A stretch of DNA of 55,570 nt from a virus (lineage: Duplodnaviria > Caudoviricetes): IMG/VR virus record IMGVR_UViG_3300024257_000013, positions 1 to 55,570 of that record. One strand, written 5' to 3'. Under the pieces are notes generated by a model. The model saw only the letters and a list, made by a program, of their open reading frames with translations. It made no database searches and was not told the DNA's origin. The first letter of the stretch is position 1. The number at the start of each line of letters is the position of its first letter. Below are positions 21,301 through 29,639 of this stretch, one piece after another. The position numbers were made by a program, and so were the translations under genes.

Positions 21301-22330
21301 AATGAAATTTACAGATAAGAAAAATTTTGTTGGAGGTACAATTAGAAGTGTCAATAAAACACTAACATGGCTTTTAGGCAATACACTATTTCCTAAAGCA
21401 CCTAATGTAGATATTGAAAAGTTGTGGATAGCAACAGTTAAAATAGCTAAAGAGAATATTGTCATAAAGACAGGTGTTATTCTATTACCTAACTTTGTCA
21501 GTAATAATCTTATCCTTTTTGCTAAAGGGGTAAATCCCAGAAATATAGCAACATACCAGGCAGAAGCACTAGTAGAGTTGGAAAACTATCAGAAAGATTT
21601 GTCTGAAAGAGATATTACAGAAAGAGAATTACAAAGTAATATCAAGTTATCTGCAAATAAACGTAAAAAGTTAGAACTTAAGCTAAGTAGGTTACAAGAC
21701 AGTGTAGACAACAATCCAGTAGCAGAATTAATTGATGAAGGCATTTTTCAAAATATCATAGAAGATATTAATTTAGAAGAGGATATATATAGTGGTAAAG
21801 CAAAATTAGCAGAAAGAGCAAAGGAGCTTGCTGATAAGTATTTACATGAATATGTAGCTACCTCCTATAAATACCTATATATGGATAAAACTACTGGACC
21901 TTACAAATTACTGCTTAGGGCTACACAGGTAAGTGATTTCATTGCTAGATTTGCTTTGTACAAGCATAGAACATCAAACGTCCCTAAGAAGTTTAAATCA
22001 AGAGAAACTAGACTAGAATACAAACAAAAGGTTTTAAAAGAAGTTGTAGAAACTTTTGTAAACTATGATGTAGTTACTTCTAAAGAGCTTCAAACTATTA
22101 ATGATCTTGGAGCTATTATGTTTACAAAGTTCTTTTTCAGAAAATTTAAAATTATATTTAGTCTCTTTACTGAACGTGCTGCTTCTATGATTAGTATTCT
22201 TGCAGTAGAAAAAGCATTTGGAGAGGCAGATTCTATTGACGATAATCCGTTTAATATTTGGTCTAGAGTCAATTTTCCTGATGATATTGTGGAAGAAGCT
22301 GCTCAGCTTCCCGCAATAAGCTGGCTATAG
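15392..22330 (+). CDS. Virion-encapsidated RNA polymerase (N4 gp50-like catalytic and C-terminal part)
   Basis: T7-superfamily motifs: SRGGRL, motif A ETDAVTSG (~17325), motif B REFSKDPLMVTNYG (~17620), motif C NVHDAA (~18360). HELIH...HEFVAYG zincin-like region. C-terminal VSDFIARF...FVNYD as in N4-like vRNAPs. Confidence 0.9.
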   Translation: MACNVEKILKEHNVITLSLDNSRLPKGNRKGFNIISDPEASKEEKRKAVHDLIQINLKTRQTLLLDAYGKTALKEEYVIQPPSREIELKNQKIIERISATAAENILNNSILIGGLRRLSDFIETSSKKLNVLFHNSKSLSDYLNNTKEGAIAYSKYSKEDKQFVEYIKRNTEGFNSFVHGDKDNAPILPYMTDSRFGNFTKGKAIGNRAVLDEYTDMYQYLLQKAETGGYTVDPMVIEATGIAITNWLATQATGTFTNTWEDINRIFGRNTSEWVKPKHEEKFTDIGAVQSSVIDSLGSEIFSMLGFKAKVSDVDGSVAPRLKVALGALAVAYMIDRGTLQQTAVPATDFPSDTGTISESQQTVGKDTLFVKIVSQENIETLSEIRKATEAVPELLNLENYKVFPGSKPSTHTPKFMRGTRQQTPERTGNTIRNIQQDKWTVRNSTVNKFFELDEATQAIVTGRNTDIENAHVTQRKSLQAVNNRIDRSLDNIKEFIGKLRKPQQSFYMKYFVSRGGRLFIDNNTIDPIQDKLIRHMIGLKSHLVSVEGLKLNRTFQLAVAQAFGYGIDKHHFLDSLKEFKSILAATKDAVNALKKNVNDRTPEDIIAIQEAVKLGGEKMHTFEALLALTKYSPDKPFLTTLGIETDAVTSGVMIGNMLSLLDGVEDLASGGVFLDNVTTDYPSHAALPNSMDLYQKLTAKWQKVISDMANKNKNNAKAISIATRNIIGSFIKEGNLISDIGREFSKDPLMVTNYGSALKKAKENFAYAVLNQFYSKIAKAEDAELMVLGNALETLIKEIIPIDQKLDKDFVLTHKQQDTFIKSVLEVHGEALTMSLEDRLGNFIKYREKINKAFQIMFYTFNKKFEIALEAKKEELGRIPSLEETEALLDTLRKFMPIVKGPLSKGLDDGIIAIKGGLRRNYIKAYQVQISFSRPLRNTAREEGTSSITSYAKSYKFLDPGVAGTVTNIHNIDSVIQQAVLSAFAALNVHDAAVYSLADVAKGTGVYNKSFIDVVTSYDLMQEVSDSLNNVIESVRALPEEERSQISTHLSENLYSKNDKGKRIAFNLIQEIAELKELHTEVKAARESLLKDHSHIAVNHSAYHDSESVYILETKNVKPLDSSDGPIAAVFKEIESFKGSIGRSIDFENFTSLFSGVIDATTIQTIFSKLEDVGVEKESTAHTATLQELLDNFIKLQHDIDIKVGESGDTTIGAQRTFTDGTQDIHVLGSVTGNKNNVKMSAQETYVHELIHAVTEYAVDTNSGLRRGLKQIFALAEKNTTWRDFLPKGKDFTADEVRTAKETYEYLFNNSRSYKDPVSGRTVNPYLHEFVAYGLSNERFAAKLSTLTVRNRTKREGSLWERLVQWYKDALKYAANKLRGIENLTADKALRKMLDQALTASEKQKRSIFRMFNVLDSANQITVDKIHAWIFAPAAKYARKDKPKRIPGRVLHTLAGLLDSKIYAELGSVIKQVSRNIGITERNFFVKLVREIQQQKGNNAVWHSLLRASKHIVDQARMREATNVIKHIRKGFHTEVTTEESEALYKIFIKLDLVSLLDTAERDKYTPDNLLGLLSSDSSLDLLITSLEKQIRKEYKANGLLYINQAEGLGSKMATSNTVDWQLNNAYAIANAAGLGIEVSGDLNRATKLIDELASLYGIKHSKQDYRNLAHAVYKRENAADGLDNGIAKLFSLHKLNKEMSLEKLFHNNKMQTEKGYSKETFDPRVDVRTATADQIDILISEGYTYAAADKKPLTMDISDKSEKRWLMVNPNGGDATWVKAIVSLTAKKHQGEALQDIYQAMDPEMSYRDAKIKTAGVIAEKRLKAYRQLSQRVKPTETVKLQPIVSEHGNAVNLRYLMSEHNKDSLLNRDNRFDHVLGRMFGSIVDKTGSTEINKKVLIEAKKEFEQNKSTQLREYVNFTETSSDPEIAEMYKLMPLEMKKAIKSIWGENEDVYIREEFLNLIFGFRKMKFTDKKNFVGGTIRSVNKTLTWLLGNTLFPKAPNVDIEKLWIATVKIAKENIVIKTGVILLPNFVSNNLILFAKGVNPRNIATYQAEALVELENYQKDLSERDITERELQSNIKLSANKRKKLELKLSRLQDSVDNNPVAELIDEGIFQNIIEDINLEEDIYSGKAKLAERAKELADKYLHEYVATSYKYLYMDKTTGPYKLLLRATQVSDFIARFALYKHRTSNVPKKFKSRETRLEYKQKVLKEVVETFVNYDVVTSKELQTINDLGAIMFTKFFFRKFKIIFSLFTERAASMISILAVEKAFGEADSIDDNPFNIWSRVNFPDDIVEEAAQLPAISWL

Positions 22331-22331
22331 T

Positions 22332-22362
22332 AAAAATGTAGGGGATTGCTCCCCTACATATT
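22332..22362. terminator. Terminator between the convergent late and middle blocks
   Basis: ATGTAGGGGA-ttgc-TCCCCTACAT 10-bp stem flanked by A/T runs. Confidence 0.75.
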
Positions 22363-22522
22363 ACGGTTTAGAAGTAATGTGATCTTTAACTATTAAAAAC
22401 ACTATAATTACTACTACGGCATTTGTTACAGCTAGAATCAATATAGGTACAAGAAAGGTAAGAGTACCTAAAAATAAAACTACTGATATAGTCACAGCAG
22501 TTGCTTTTAAGGTGTCTAACAC
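22361..22522 (-). CDS. Small hydrophobic membrane protein (53 aa; not in ORF track)
   Basis: GTG start after AGGAG; MLDTLKATAVTISVVLFLGTLTFLVPILILAVTNAVVVIIVFLIVKDHITSKP. Confidence 0.6.
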   Translation of the reverse strand: MLDTLKATAVTISVVLFLGTLTFLVPILILAVTNAVVVIIVFLIVKDHITSKP

Positions 22523-22533
22523 CAGCCTTCTCC

Positions 22534-23247
22534 TTAACTTTCTTTCTTCTTGCCGAAAGCACGTTTCTTGCCGAAGCTAGGCTTCTTTTCAGAAGTATCA
22601 GCTCCACCAGCAGAGTCACCAGCAGTCCCTTTTGGACGTTTGTCCGAGATCCACTGTTTAACCTGCTCTGGTGTTACTTCATCCTTGAATGTGATGTTAT
22701 CCAGGTACTTTGATTCACGTTCGAAAGCTGAACCAGCTTCTTCATCGTTAACAATTTCTTCTGCAGAAGCGTTATCACCAGCACGAAAGAAAGCTTTAAT
22801 AACTTTCTTTTCGGTGATATTTCCCTGGTAAATGCCATACTCCATTTGAACACGCATCATGACATCAATATCAGCCAGGTCTTCCAGAGCAGCTACAGTC
22901 TTAATAGCTGCTTTCTTACCGATTGGAAGATCGATTTCAATAGGATCAGATACTTCTTCAACATCAGCAATGATCATCAGCTGATTAAAGATTTTGGCTC
23001 CAATTTTATTAGGAGAACCATCTTTGTTGGTAATACGTAGATTGCCGTAGATGACTTGTTTTTGCCCTGCATGATCAACGAACATATCAATCGAAGTAGA
23101 TCCACCTTTGGACACACTTACGATTGGAGCAAGTAAAGTTACTGGGTAAACACCAGACGACGTAATGTGGTTACTGCCACCTTGTTTTACATCTTCTGCT
23201 TTTTTTGAGGATTTGAAGAAGCTCATATATGCTGTATTCCTACACAC
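22534..23247 (-). CDS. Single-stranded DNA-binding protein (N4 gp45-like)
   Basis: SGVYPVTL...SKGGS motif, flexible tail ending KKPSFG..F, and position downstream of the AAA gene at the end of the replication block. Confidence 0.7.
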   Translation of the reverse strand: MCRNTAYMSFFKSSKKAEDVKQGGSNHITSSGVYPVTLLAPIVSVSKGGSTSIDMFVDHAGQKQVIYGNLRITNKDGSPNKIGAKIFNQLMIIADVEEVSDPIEIDLPIGKKAAIKTVAALEDLADIDVMMRVQMEYGIYQGNITEKKVIKAFFRAGDNASAEEIVNDEEAGSAFERESKYLDNITFKDEVTPEQVKQWISDKRPKGTAGDSAGGADTSEKKPSFGKKRAFGKKKES

Positions 23248-23284
23248 TCAGTGTGTTGTTTTAGTTTGACGGGAAAATTCCCTA

Positions 23285-23410
23285 TTAAATACCACTTAAT
23301 GTATTATTAAGTGAATGTAATTTTATAAAATTGTTTCTGGCTATAACAGCCTCTACAAGAGAATGAAATAATCCAACATGAAATGTTTTACTATTATTTC
23401 TTATTTGTAC
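23285..23410 (-). pseudogene. AP2-domain remnant of a homing endonuclease
   Basis: Start-less frame VQIRNNSKTFHVGLFHSLVEAVIARNNFIKLHSL resembles the AP2 domains of 27757-28497. Confidence 0.6.
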
Positions 23411-23414
23411 ACCC

Positions 23415-23730
23415 CTTGAATAAATAGCCTACCTCTAGATGTCTCCCATCGAAGATTCAAAAACGAAAATACATTCGTTTCATTAAATATAGGCGTTAAA
23501 TAAATAGCTTTTAACCGACAAAGATACAATATCTGTCTGTTATGTAACAACGTATATGGCCAATCAGAGTCAGTAGATCAGAGCACAGTATATTGAAATA
23601 AAAAGGTTAAAAACGTTAAATAAATAGTTATGTGCGAATAGTCGCTACGCGTCGTTAGATGGAGCTGTGTCTAGAACAAGCTACTATCCCGAACCTTGCA
23701 GTTTGAAAATTGCACATAACGTTAAATTAG
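23415..23730 (-). ncRNA. Candidate array of three stem-closed RNA domains separated by TATTTATTTAAC linkers
   Basis: Linkers at 23615-26 and 23495-506 are identical; 23415-26 and 23721-30 are variants. Each unit has complementary ends. Confidence 0.6.
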
Positions 23731-24392
23731 CCTAAAGACCAAGCAGTAGCTTCAGATTGTCTGCTTTGCAACATATCTAAATGTTTTTGTAAGTCGAAGT
23801 CTTTGTTATCGATACTGTCTGGTAATTTTTTCACAGTAGTTCTGGCACACATTTTTGGATTACGGTAATGAATTACACGGTTTTTACCTTTAAGTTCCAA
23901 AAATACAGACTCATCAACTTCAGAAAGTATTCCACCTTTCTTACCATAACTTCCACCAGCATTAACCAGTGAGTAGCCAACAGTATCTTCGTTGTATAAG
24001 GCATGTGATACCAGAACAACATTAAAAGCATCAGCCAGGTCCCTTTCGATGAAATCGACAAATTCTTTAATTTCTGTATTAATTTTTCCATAAGGAAAAG
24101 ACTTAATAGTTGCCAGACAGTAACCTTCAATATCTAATAAAATTTTGGATATTGAATCAATAGCTACTGTTTTTGGTAACTCACCCATTTTGTTTTCATA
24201 CTTTTCAACAGTATTTGAGATTATATCGATAAGTTCACTGACTGATGTGTAATCAGGAACATTGATATGAGGTTGTGCAAAAGGGTATTTTTTACCGTCT
24301 CTTGCGATTACCAGGGTGTCTGTTAAATTTTGTAACAGGGTTGTTTTACCGATGGCCGGAAGAGCTGCTACCAAAAGTTTTACATTGCTCAT
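23727..24392 (-). CDS. AAA_24 / Sak4-like ATPase (N4 gp44-like)
   Basis: Walker A ALPAIGKTT, Walker B VAIDSIS, VLVSH. Confidence 0.8.
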   Translation of the reverse strand: MSNVKLLVAALPAIGKTTLLQNLTDTLVIARDGKKYPFAQPHINVPDYTSVSELIDIISNTVEKYENKMGELPKTVAIDSISKILLDIEGYCLATIKSFPYGKINTEIKEFVDFIERDLADAFNVVLVSHALYNEDTVGYSLVNAGGSYGKKGGILSEVDESVFLELKGKNRVIHYRNPKMCARTTVKKLPDSIDNKDFDLQKHLDMLQSRQSEATAWSLG

Positions 24393-25195
24393 TATTTTTC
24401 CTCTTTAAGGCGTTGGTCATGCCAAATGACATGAGTTAATTCTGGGTGTGCTTTACTGGCTTCAACACTGTCTACACACAACTCTAAAAGAGAGTTTATG
24501 AACGCATAGTCTTCTTCCGTAATAGTCTCGGTAAGCACTGTGACTGTCGGTGGATAGGACTTTAGCTGTTTACCTGTCTTTTCACTGATTGCACCTTCAA
24601 TATGGCGATTTACATAGACCAAACGTATACGTGTGGGTGTATAACCTAATCGAACTAAAGCTGCAGCATAAGTAAGCAGTTGGTAACGGTAAGTAGAGTT
24701 AAACGCTCTGGGGGTAGTCTTTGAATGGTATGTTTTATAATCAACAATCATACACTCGTCTTTTTCTCCCTGGAGAGCATCAAGTTGACCACCAATATAG
24801 TAACCATCGCGTATTGGAGCTACAACAAATTTCTCTGTTTCGAGAAACGCATTTTCAAGCACATAGTCATTTACCAGGTGTTCAGCCATTTCAACATAAT
24901 GGTGTTTTACAGCATCAGGATCGTAGTCTTCTTTATCTTCAAAAGACTCTATGTACTCAGTGATAATATTGGTATCAACCGGTAATTGTTTGGCAACTTG
25001 ATCAGCGCAGTAATGAACTACTGTACCTAATACTGTTGACGTATTATATTCGAAGTCTTTAATACCAAGCACTTCTGATCGATACCAAAAATGTGGTTTA
25101 TCCGCAAATTTAGGGAATTGACTCGGGCTAATTTTAAATATGCAGTCATCCGGCATATCGGCTTTGTGGTCGTTATACTGCAGAGGGTTAGTCAT
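24392..25195 (-). CDS. PD-(D/E)XK (Cas4/RecB-like) nuclease
   Basis: ISPS...GTVVH...E...GQLD...IVDYKT...YQLLTYA motifs; start at MTNPLQ overlapping the mazG stop. Confidence 0.8.
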   Translation of the reverse strand: MTNPLQYNDHKADMPDDCIFKISPSQFPKFADKPHFWYRSEVLGIKDFEYNTSTVLGTVVHYCADQVAKQLPVDTNIITEYIESFEDKEDYDPDAVKHHYVEMAEHLVNDYVLENAFLETEKFVVAPIRDGYYIGGQLDALQGEKDECMIVDYKTYHSKTTPRAFNSTYRYQLLTYAAALVRLGYTPTRIRLVYVNRHIEGAISEKTGKQLKSYPPTVTVLTETITEEDYAFINSLLELCVDSVEASKAHPELTHVIWHDQRLKEEK

Positions 25196-25559
25196 TTTTA
25201 TCTGCTCTTTGTTGTGCAGCATTATCAGAATAATTAAATCCTTCATAACGCTTAGCTAGTTTATTAAAGTTATGTGCTAGTACTTCTGTTCTGGTTATAC
25301 CTAAACTACCTCTTAGCCCTTGCATATAGAATTCTAGATCTCCAAGTTCCTCTATTACATTTTCTCTGTCTAAAGGTTTTCGGTAGATACTAACTTTTTT
25401 TAAAGCATCAAGTAACTCCCCGGCTTCTCCGCTTATACCTATAACCATATGTAATTCATGAGCCTCTTTAGCTGTAAGGCTTTTACGAATTTCTTCTCCT
25501 GGTTTAGCTAATTTAGCTACCATGTTTTCCCATAGTATTTCATCAATCGAATTAGTCAT
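25188..25559 (-). CDS. MazG-like nucleoside triphosphate pyrophosphohydrolase
   Basis: GISGEAGELLDALKK...EELGDLEFY...N..KL..RY. Confidence 0.85.
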   Translation of the reverse strand: MTNSIDEILWENMVAKLAKPGEEIRKSLTAKEAHELHMVIGISGEAGELLDALKKVSIYRKPLDRENVIEELGDLEFYMQGLRGSLGITRTEVLAHNFNKLAKRYEGFNYSDNAAQQRADKND

Positions 25560-25657
25560 TATCTTTTGTTACTCCTATTTTCATTTCTGGTTTATCTGTT
25601 TGCATCATAGTCATACTGTTTCCTATAAGTAGTCATTAACATAACGAGTATCAACAA

Positions 25658-27448
25658 CTAAAAAGTATTCAAGATTTTTTGTATTTCTGCTGTTGTTGCG
25701 TTAGGTGACAGTGCTATTTCTTCTGCCCAGTTCCGTCCAATACCACATTCAAGTGTATTAGGGACTTGTTGGCACACAAGAAAATCTTTTTTACCTATTT
25801 CGACTAAATTATCGTTATACCACTTTACTATTTCTGCATTGCTTGAAATATTAGAGTAGATAGAGTCGTAAATGGTGGAGGTAATTTGAATTTCTTCGGT
25901 TAGCTGTTCCTGCTCTATTCGATAATTTAGTTCATTAACAGCTATTAATGTAAGTATACTCCAAAACTGAAAGTTGCTGTTAAAAAGAGTACGAAAAACA
26001 TCATCTACGTTATCACAATAAATCCTAGCTCCTAAGCCCAAATGCAGGTAACCCTGCTTTTGTGCTGTAGGTATAACATAATCATCTAAGAATGCCCTAA
26101 CTTCTGGATAAAGAACATTATGATAATTATCATAAATTTCTTTAGTTATTGTTCCTCCTTTATCTGCATCCGGAAATCCCAAGTAAGCTAATTTGAAGGT
26201 GTTAGGTTTACTTTTTTGACGTATTTCTTTTAGGATTGTATTTTTACCTTCAACCATTTGCTTGAATCTTCGTACTTTGTCTTTGTAATTTCCCTGCACT
26301 CCGATAACTTTTTCTATTTCTTCTGGATAGTAGCCAAGTGCGTTGTAACAATGCGCATCTAGAGTTTTATCTTTTTGTATTGCTAATTTCCCTTCATCTA
26401 ATGTTATATTTGCTAATACAACATCTTCTAAAGAGCTATAGTCTGCTTGAATTACAAGCATACCTTTTGGAGCAATAAAGCACTTTTTCAAAGGTTTTGC
26501 GTATATGGATTTGGTTGAGGGCATATTCAAAAGATTTGGTGAATTGCTCGTATTTCTCCAAGTCTTAGCTCCACCTAAACGAATATTGCCGTGGAGTACG
26601 CCATCAATGGTGTAAGAGTCGAATGCCTTTATAAAATTGTTCTTAATAATCCCACTAAAGGAGTGATCGATAAGTGCATCCAGTAACAGCAGTAGATCTT
26701 TACCTGTCGAATTTTTTTGCAACTCTTCTAATTGATCTCTTCCCCAGGAATCATCACCTGTTGTTTTGCTGGTAGCAGTAGACTCTAGACCAAGCATGCT
26801 GAACAGTTCCTGTTTCTGTTTAGTGCTTCCAGGGTTGAATGCGTTCACCTTAACTTTTGTGTTAGCATTTTCGTATCGTGGCCTGTTCCACAGTTCCACC
26901 TTATATTCCGCCAGTGCAACCATCCCTGCTTTCACATATTTATTGGTAACTGAAACATTCTTATGAATTAGCATGTCTACCAGGTGATCATTAGCCCATA
27001 CATTGTGCTTCTTTAATTCGGCTACAGACCACTTCTCTTTACAATACTCTTTAGCCCCAGTAGATTCTAGATACGTGTTCATTACCCATGTGCGGTGTAC
27101 CATGTCAGAAGCCACATACTCTTTCAGATAGTGATCTGATGTTCTTACTGCTTGGGTAGCCTTCTCTGCATGAGCTTTCTGAGCTGCAGGCAGCCTATGT
27201 TTTTGATACCGCATTACGATCTTGTTTGCTTTTAAAGCTACGGAGACTTTTTCCAAAACATCATCAATAACTTTACGCAATTCATCGACTGCTTTTTCAT
27301 CAATATGCAGTCCAGCATCCATTATTTTGATCATATCTGGAATGAAATGCTTTAAAAAGTTTTCATAAAAGAAATCAGGTTGTTCTTCAGAAGGATCATA
27401 GTCAGCCGGATAAGGAAACGGCAGTAGTTCGTAAGGTCTTTTAGACAT
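25658..27448 (-). CDS. DNA polymerase family A, polymerase domain
   Basis: FNPGS, SNSPNLLNMP, motif A ADYSSLE, motif B RQKSKPNTFKLAY, motif C TIYDS. Confidence 0.9.
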   Translation of the reverse strand: MSKRPYELLPFPYPADYDPSEEQPDFFYENFLKHFIPDMIKIMDAGLHIDEKAVDELRKVIDDVLEKVSVALKANKIVMRYQKHRLPAAQKAHAEKATQAVRTSDHYLKEYVASDMVHRTWVMNTYLESTGAKEYCKEKWSVAELKKHNVWANDHLVDMLIHKNVSVTNKYVKAGMVALAEYKVELWNRPRYENANTKVKVNAFNPGSTKQKQELFSMLGLESTATSKTTGDDSWGRDQLEELQKNSTGKDLLLLLDALIDHSFSGIIKNNFIKAFDSYTIDGVLHGNIRLGGAKTWRNTSNSPNLLNMPSTKSIYAKPLKKCFIAPKGMLVIQADYSSLEDVVLANITLDEGKLAIQKDKTLDAHCYNALGYYPEEIEKVIGVQGNYKDKVRRFKQMVEGKNTILKEIRQKSKPNTFKLAYLGFPDADKGGTITKEIYDNYHNVLYPEVRAFLDDYVIPTAQKQGYLHLGLGARIYCDNVDDVFRTLFNSNFQFWSILTLIAVNELNYRIEQEQLTEEIQITSTIYDSIYSNISSNAEIVKWYNDNLVEIGKKDFLVCQQVPNTLECGIGRNWAEEIALSPNATTAEIQKILNTF

Positions 27449-27704
27449 TCTCTTTAACCCATTTTCTTGCTAATTCCAGTGTATCAAGAGGTCCAGTTAC
27501 ATTTTCAATCGTGGCTGACAATATCAGTTTTACGGAATATATTTCGGAACCCATAAAGTAATCTACTGTTATGAAGTACCCTTGTTTTAATACACCGGTA
27601 AGGTAATTAGTACTGAAAAAGCTATCAGCACCAAACCAATTATCAATATACTGTTGTGGAAATTTGTCAGATAGGCTATTTATGATAGTAGTCTTATTAC
27701 TCAT
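27441..27704 (-). CDS. Hypothetical protein between the DNA polymerase parts
   Basis: 87 aa from MSNKTT; stop overlaps the polymerase start. Confidence 0.5.
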   Translation of the reverse strand: MSNKTTIINSLSDKFPQQYIDNWFGADSFFSTNYLTGVLKQGYFITVDYFMGSEIYSVKLILSATIENVTGPLDTLELARKWVKENV

Positions 27705-27756
27705 AGAATTTTCTTCACAATGAGCAAATTTTGAGTCTACTAATTGTAATGGTACG

Positions 27757-28497
27757 TTAGGCATCACTAAACTCCTCTATATGTTGTTCTAAATCTTTAT
27801 CACTAAAGTTTCGTTTACTGCTTGAGCCTGTAGCAATAATAAATTCTTCTCTTCTTATTGCAGCTATTAAAGCAGTTTTAAAATACCCACTGAATATTTT
27901 CTTTTTCTTTATAGAGATTTGCGCTACCCAAGAATTTTTTAAGTGTCTTATTCTTTTAGGTCTACTCACTCCTATATACCCAGAGGTATTTGTAGTCAGT
28001 AGTAATTTACCTGTATTAGACTCAGTACGTTTTGCAGTATTATTAGTTGTATGGGGTAGGTTGTTATCACGTACATAGGTATCATAAGCTTGAGCAGCTT
28101 CTTTTATACAGTCGTAGTACCCTACTTTTATTACCTTTGATTTTACGCTTATTGACACCTCCCATTTACTGTATTTCTTATTCCAGCTAACTCCTCTATA
28201 TCCGGATTTATTATGGGAATAAAGAATTCTAGTATTTGAAGATTGAACTATTTGGTTTGTCCATCTGCAGTTATCTGGGCAGTAGTTATCATTATTATTT
28301 TTTCTATCTATAGAAGAATTTTCGTTATAATTATTAGATAAAGCCCAAGATTTAAAGGCTAAATAAGAATTTTTCCATTCTGTACAAACTTCAATATTTT
28401 TATAAGTTTTTTCGTATTGTTTTGCTCTACACCTATTTTTCATGCCTTTCCAAATATTATGAAGTCTAGTATCAGTATCCCCGTGAATTTCTCTCAT
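27757..28497 (-). mobile_element. Free-standing HNH homing endonuclease with two AP2 domains
   Basis: RLHNIWKGMKNRC...SIDRKNNNDNYCPDNCRW (HNH); NKSGYRGV and NTSGYIGV AP2 repeats. Confidence 0.85.
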
Positions 28498-29152
28498 TTT
28501 TATTGATGTGCTCTTCTAATTGTTCGTAAAGTAGTATTGTAGCACATCCATCAGTAGCTGCATACATAAGAAACTTAGGATCTCTTAAATTTTTAGGTTC
28601 GTATGTGTCAAATAAAGACCATGCAGGCAGGTAGTGATCTCCAACAAGTTCTTTCAGTCCAACCTTTGCTTTCCATATATCAACATGGTTAACAAAAGTT
28701 TTAGCTAACAATTGAGTATCTTCATAATTCTTCGGAAATTTCTTTACCCGGTGATACATCAGTTTAAGATCAAACAAACTGTTGTGGACAATAATTAACC
28801 CTTCATATTTGGCTAACCAGTTCCATATAATCATTTCTACTGCCATGTTTTCGGCAATAAGGACAACACTCTCGCAGTCACTGATACCAAATATAAAATG
28901 TGTAACAGTTACCAGCGAAGGAAAACTTAAACCTGAACTATTAACTACCTGCAGTGATAACTTTTTATTTTTTAAACTGATTTTAGGATTTTTCAGTAAA
29001 AGTTTAGCTTCTTTACGTTCTTCTTTGGAGTACACACTACGAGTTTCTGTGTCAAAACTGAGCATAATGTGCTCTTCAAGTTGTGCTAATTTTTGACGAA
29101 TAAACCAGGGTGTCGAATATACTTCGTAGGATACTTCTATAAAATCATTCAT
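28472..29152 (-). CDS. DNA polymerase A 3'-5' exonuclease domain (separate ORF)
   Basis: ExoI FDTET, ExoII HNSLFD, ExoIII YAATD. Confidence 0.85.
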   Translation of the reverse strand: MNDFIEVSYEVYSTPWFIRQKLAQLEEHIMLSFDTETRSVYSKEERKEAKLLLKNPKISLKNKKLSLQVVNSSGLSFPSLVTVTHFIFGISDCESVVLIAENMAVEMIIWNWLAKYEGLIIVHNSLFDLKLMYHRVKKFPKNYEDTQLLAKTFVNHVDIWKAKVGLKELVGDHYLPAWSLFDTYEPKNLRDPKFLMYAATDGCATILLYEQLEEHINKNERNSRGY

Positions 29153-29255
29153 GATTTATATATTCCAAATAATAATAGCTACAACTAACCAGAATAAAGG
29201 AGTATAAAATCCTAATTCTCCTAAGATAGGCTCATGTGAAGGTTCCATGCTATTG

Positions 29256-29639
29256 TTATAATAACCTGTAAGCATGAACAGAAGTTCTGTGCCAAATACA
29301 CTCTCCTGCTTTTCTTCGCAGTACTCTTCCAAATTCGGCTTCTCTTCCTACTATGTAACTCCTGCAACCAGACATATCCAGTATTTCAATTTCTGTATCG
29401 ACAGATACTGGAGGAAATTTCATATTAGGTGTGACAACTACCCAGGGGTGTTTCTTTTTAATTTTTACAGGCCATTCTTTACCAGAATAAATAGCATACA
29501 TCTTTGCAGCTGCATTTAAATAAGCAACCTGGTTCTTGCCTTGAAACATCATTTTTTTGGCTATGTCTTTCCAGGGTAGCCCAGAAACTCTTAGTTCATA
29601 GGCTTTTTCACCTACAATATTTTCAACACGTTGTTCCAT
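29256..29639 (-). CDS. Hypothetical protein, possible N-terminal HTH
   Basis: AYELRVSGLPWKDIAKKM is helix-turn-helix-like. Confidence 0.5.
   Translation of the reverse strand: MEQRVENIVGEKAYELRVSGLPWKDIAKKMMFQGKNQVAYLNAAAKMYAIYSGKEWPVKIKKKHPWVVVTPNMKFPPVSVDTEIEILDMSGCRSYIVGREAEFGRVLRRKAGECIWHRTSVHAYRLL

Noticed and set aside
1055-22272. Many minus-strand ORFs of 60-270 aa within the late genes
   Set aside because: They are antisense shadows of long + strand genes, with no RBS or motifs.
23627-23720. attC site from the GTTATGTGC...GCACATAAC ends
   Set aside because: The boxes are in the wrong order for an attC and there are no L boxes. It is better explained as the closing stem of an array unit.
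23415-23730. CRISPR array
   Set aside because: The repeat is only 12 nt and unstructured, the intervening units are 68-108 nt and self-complementary, and there is no cas operon.
27449-28497. Group I intron in the DNA polymerase gene
   Set aside because: The insert is almost fully coding with overlaps at both ends. Only ~50 nt is non-coding, too little for a catalytic core.
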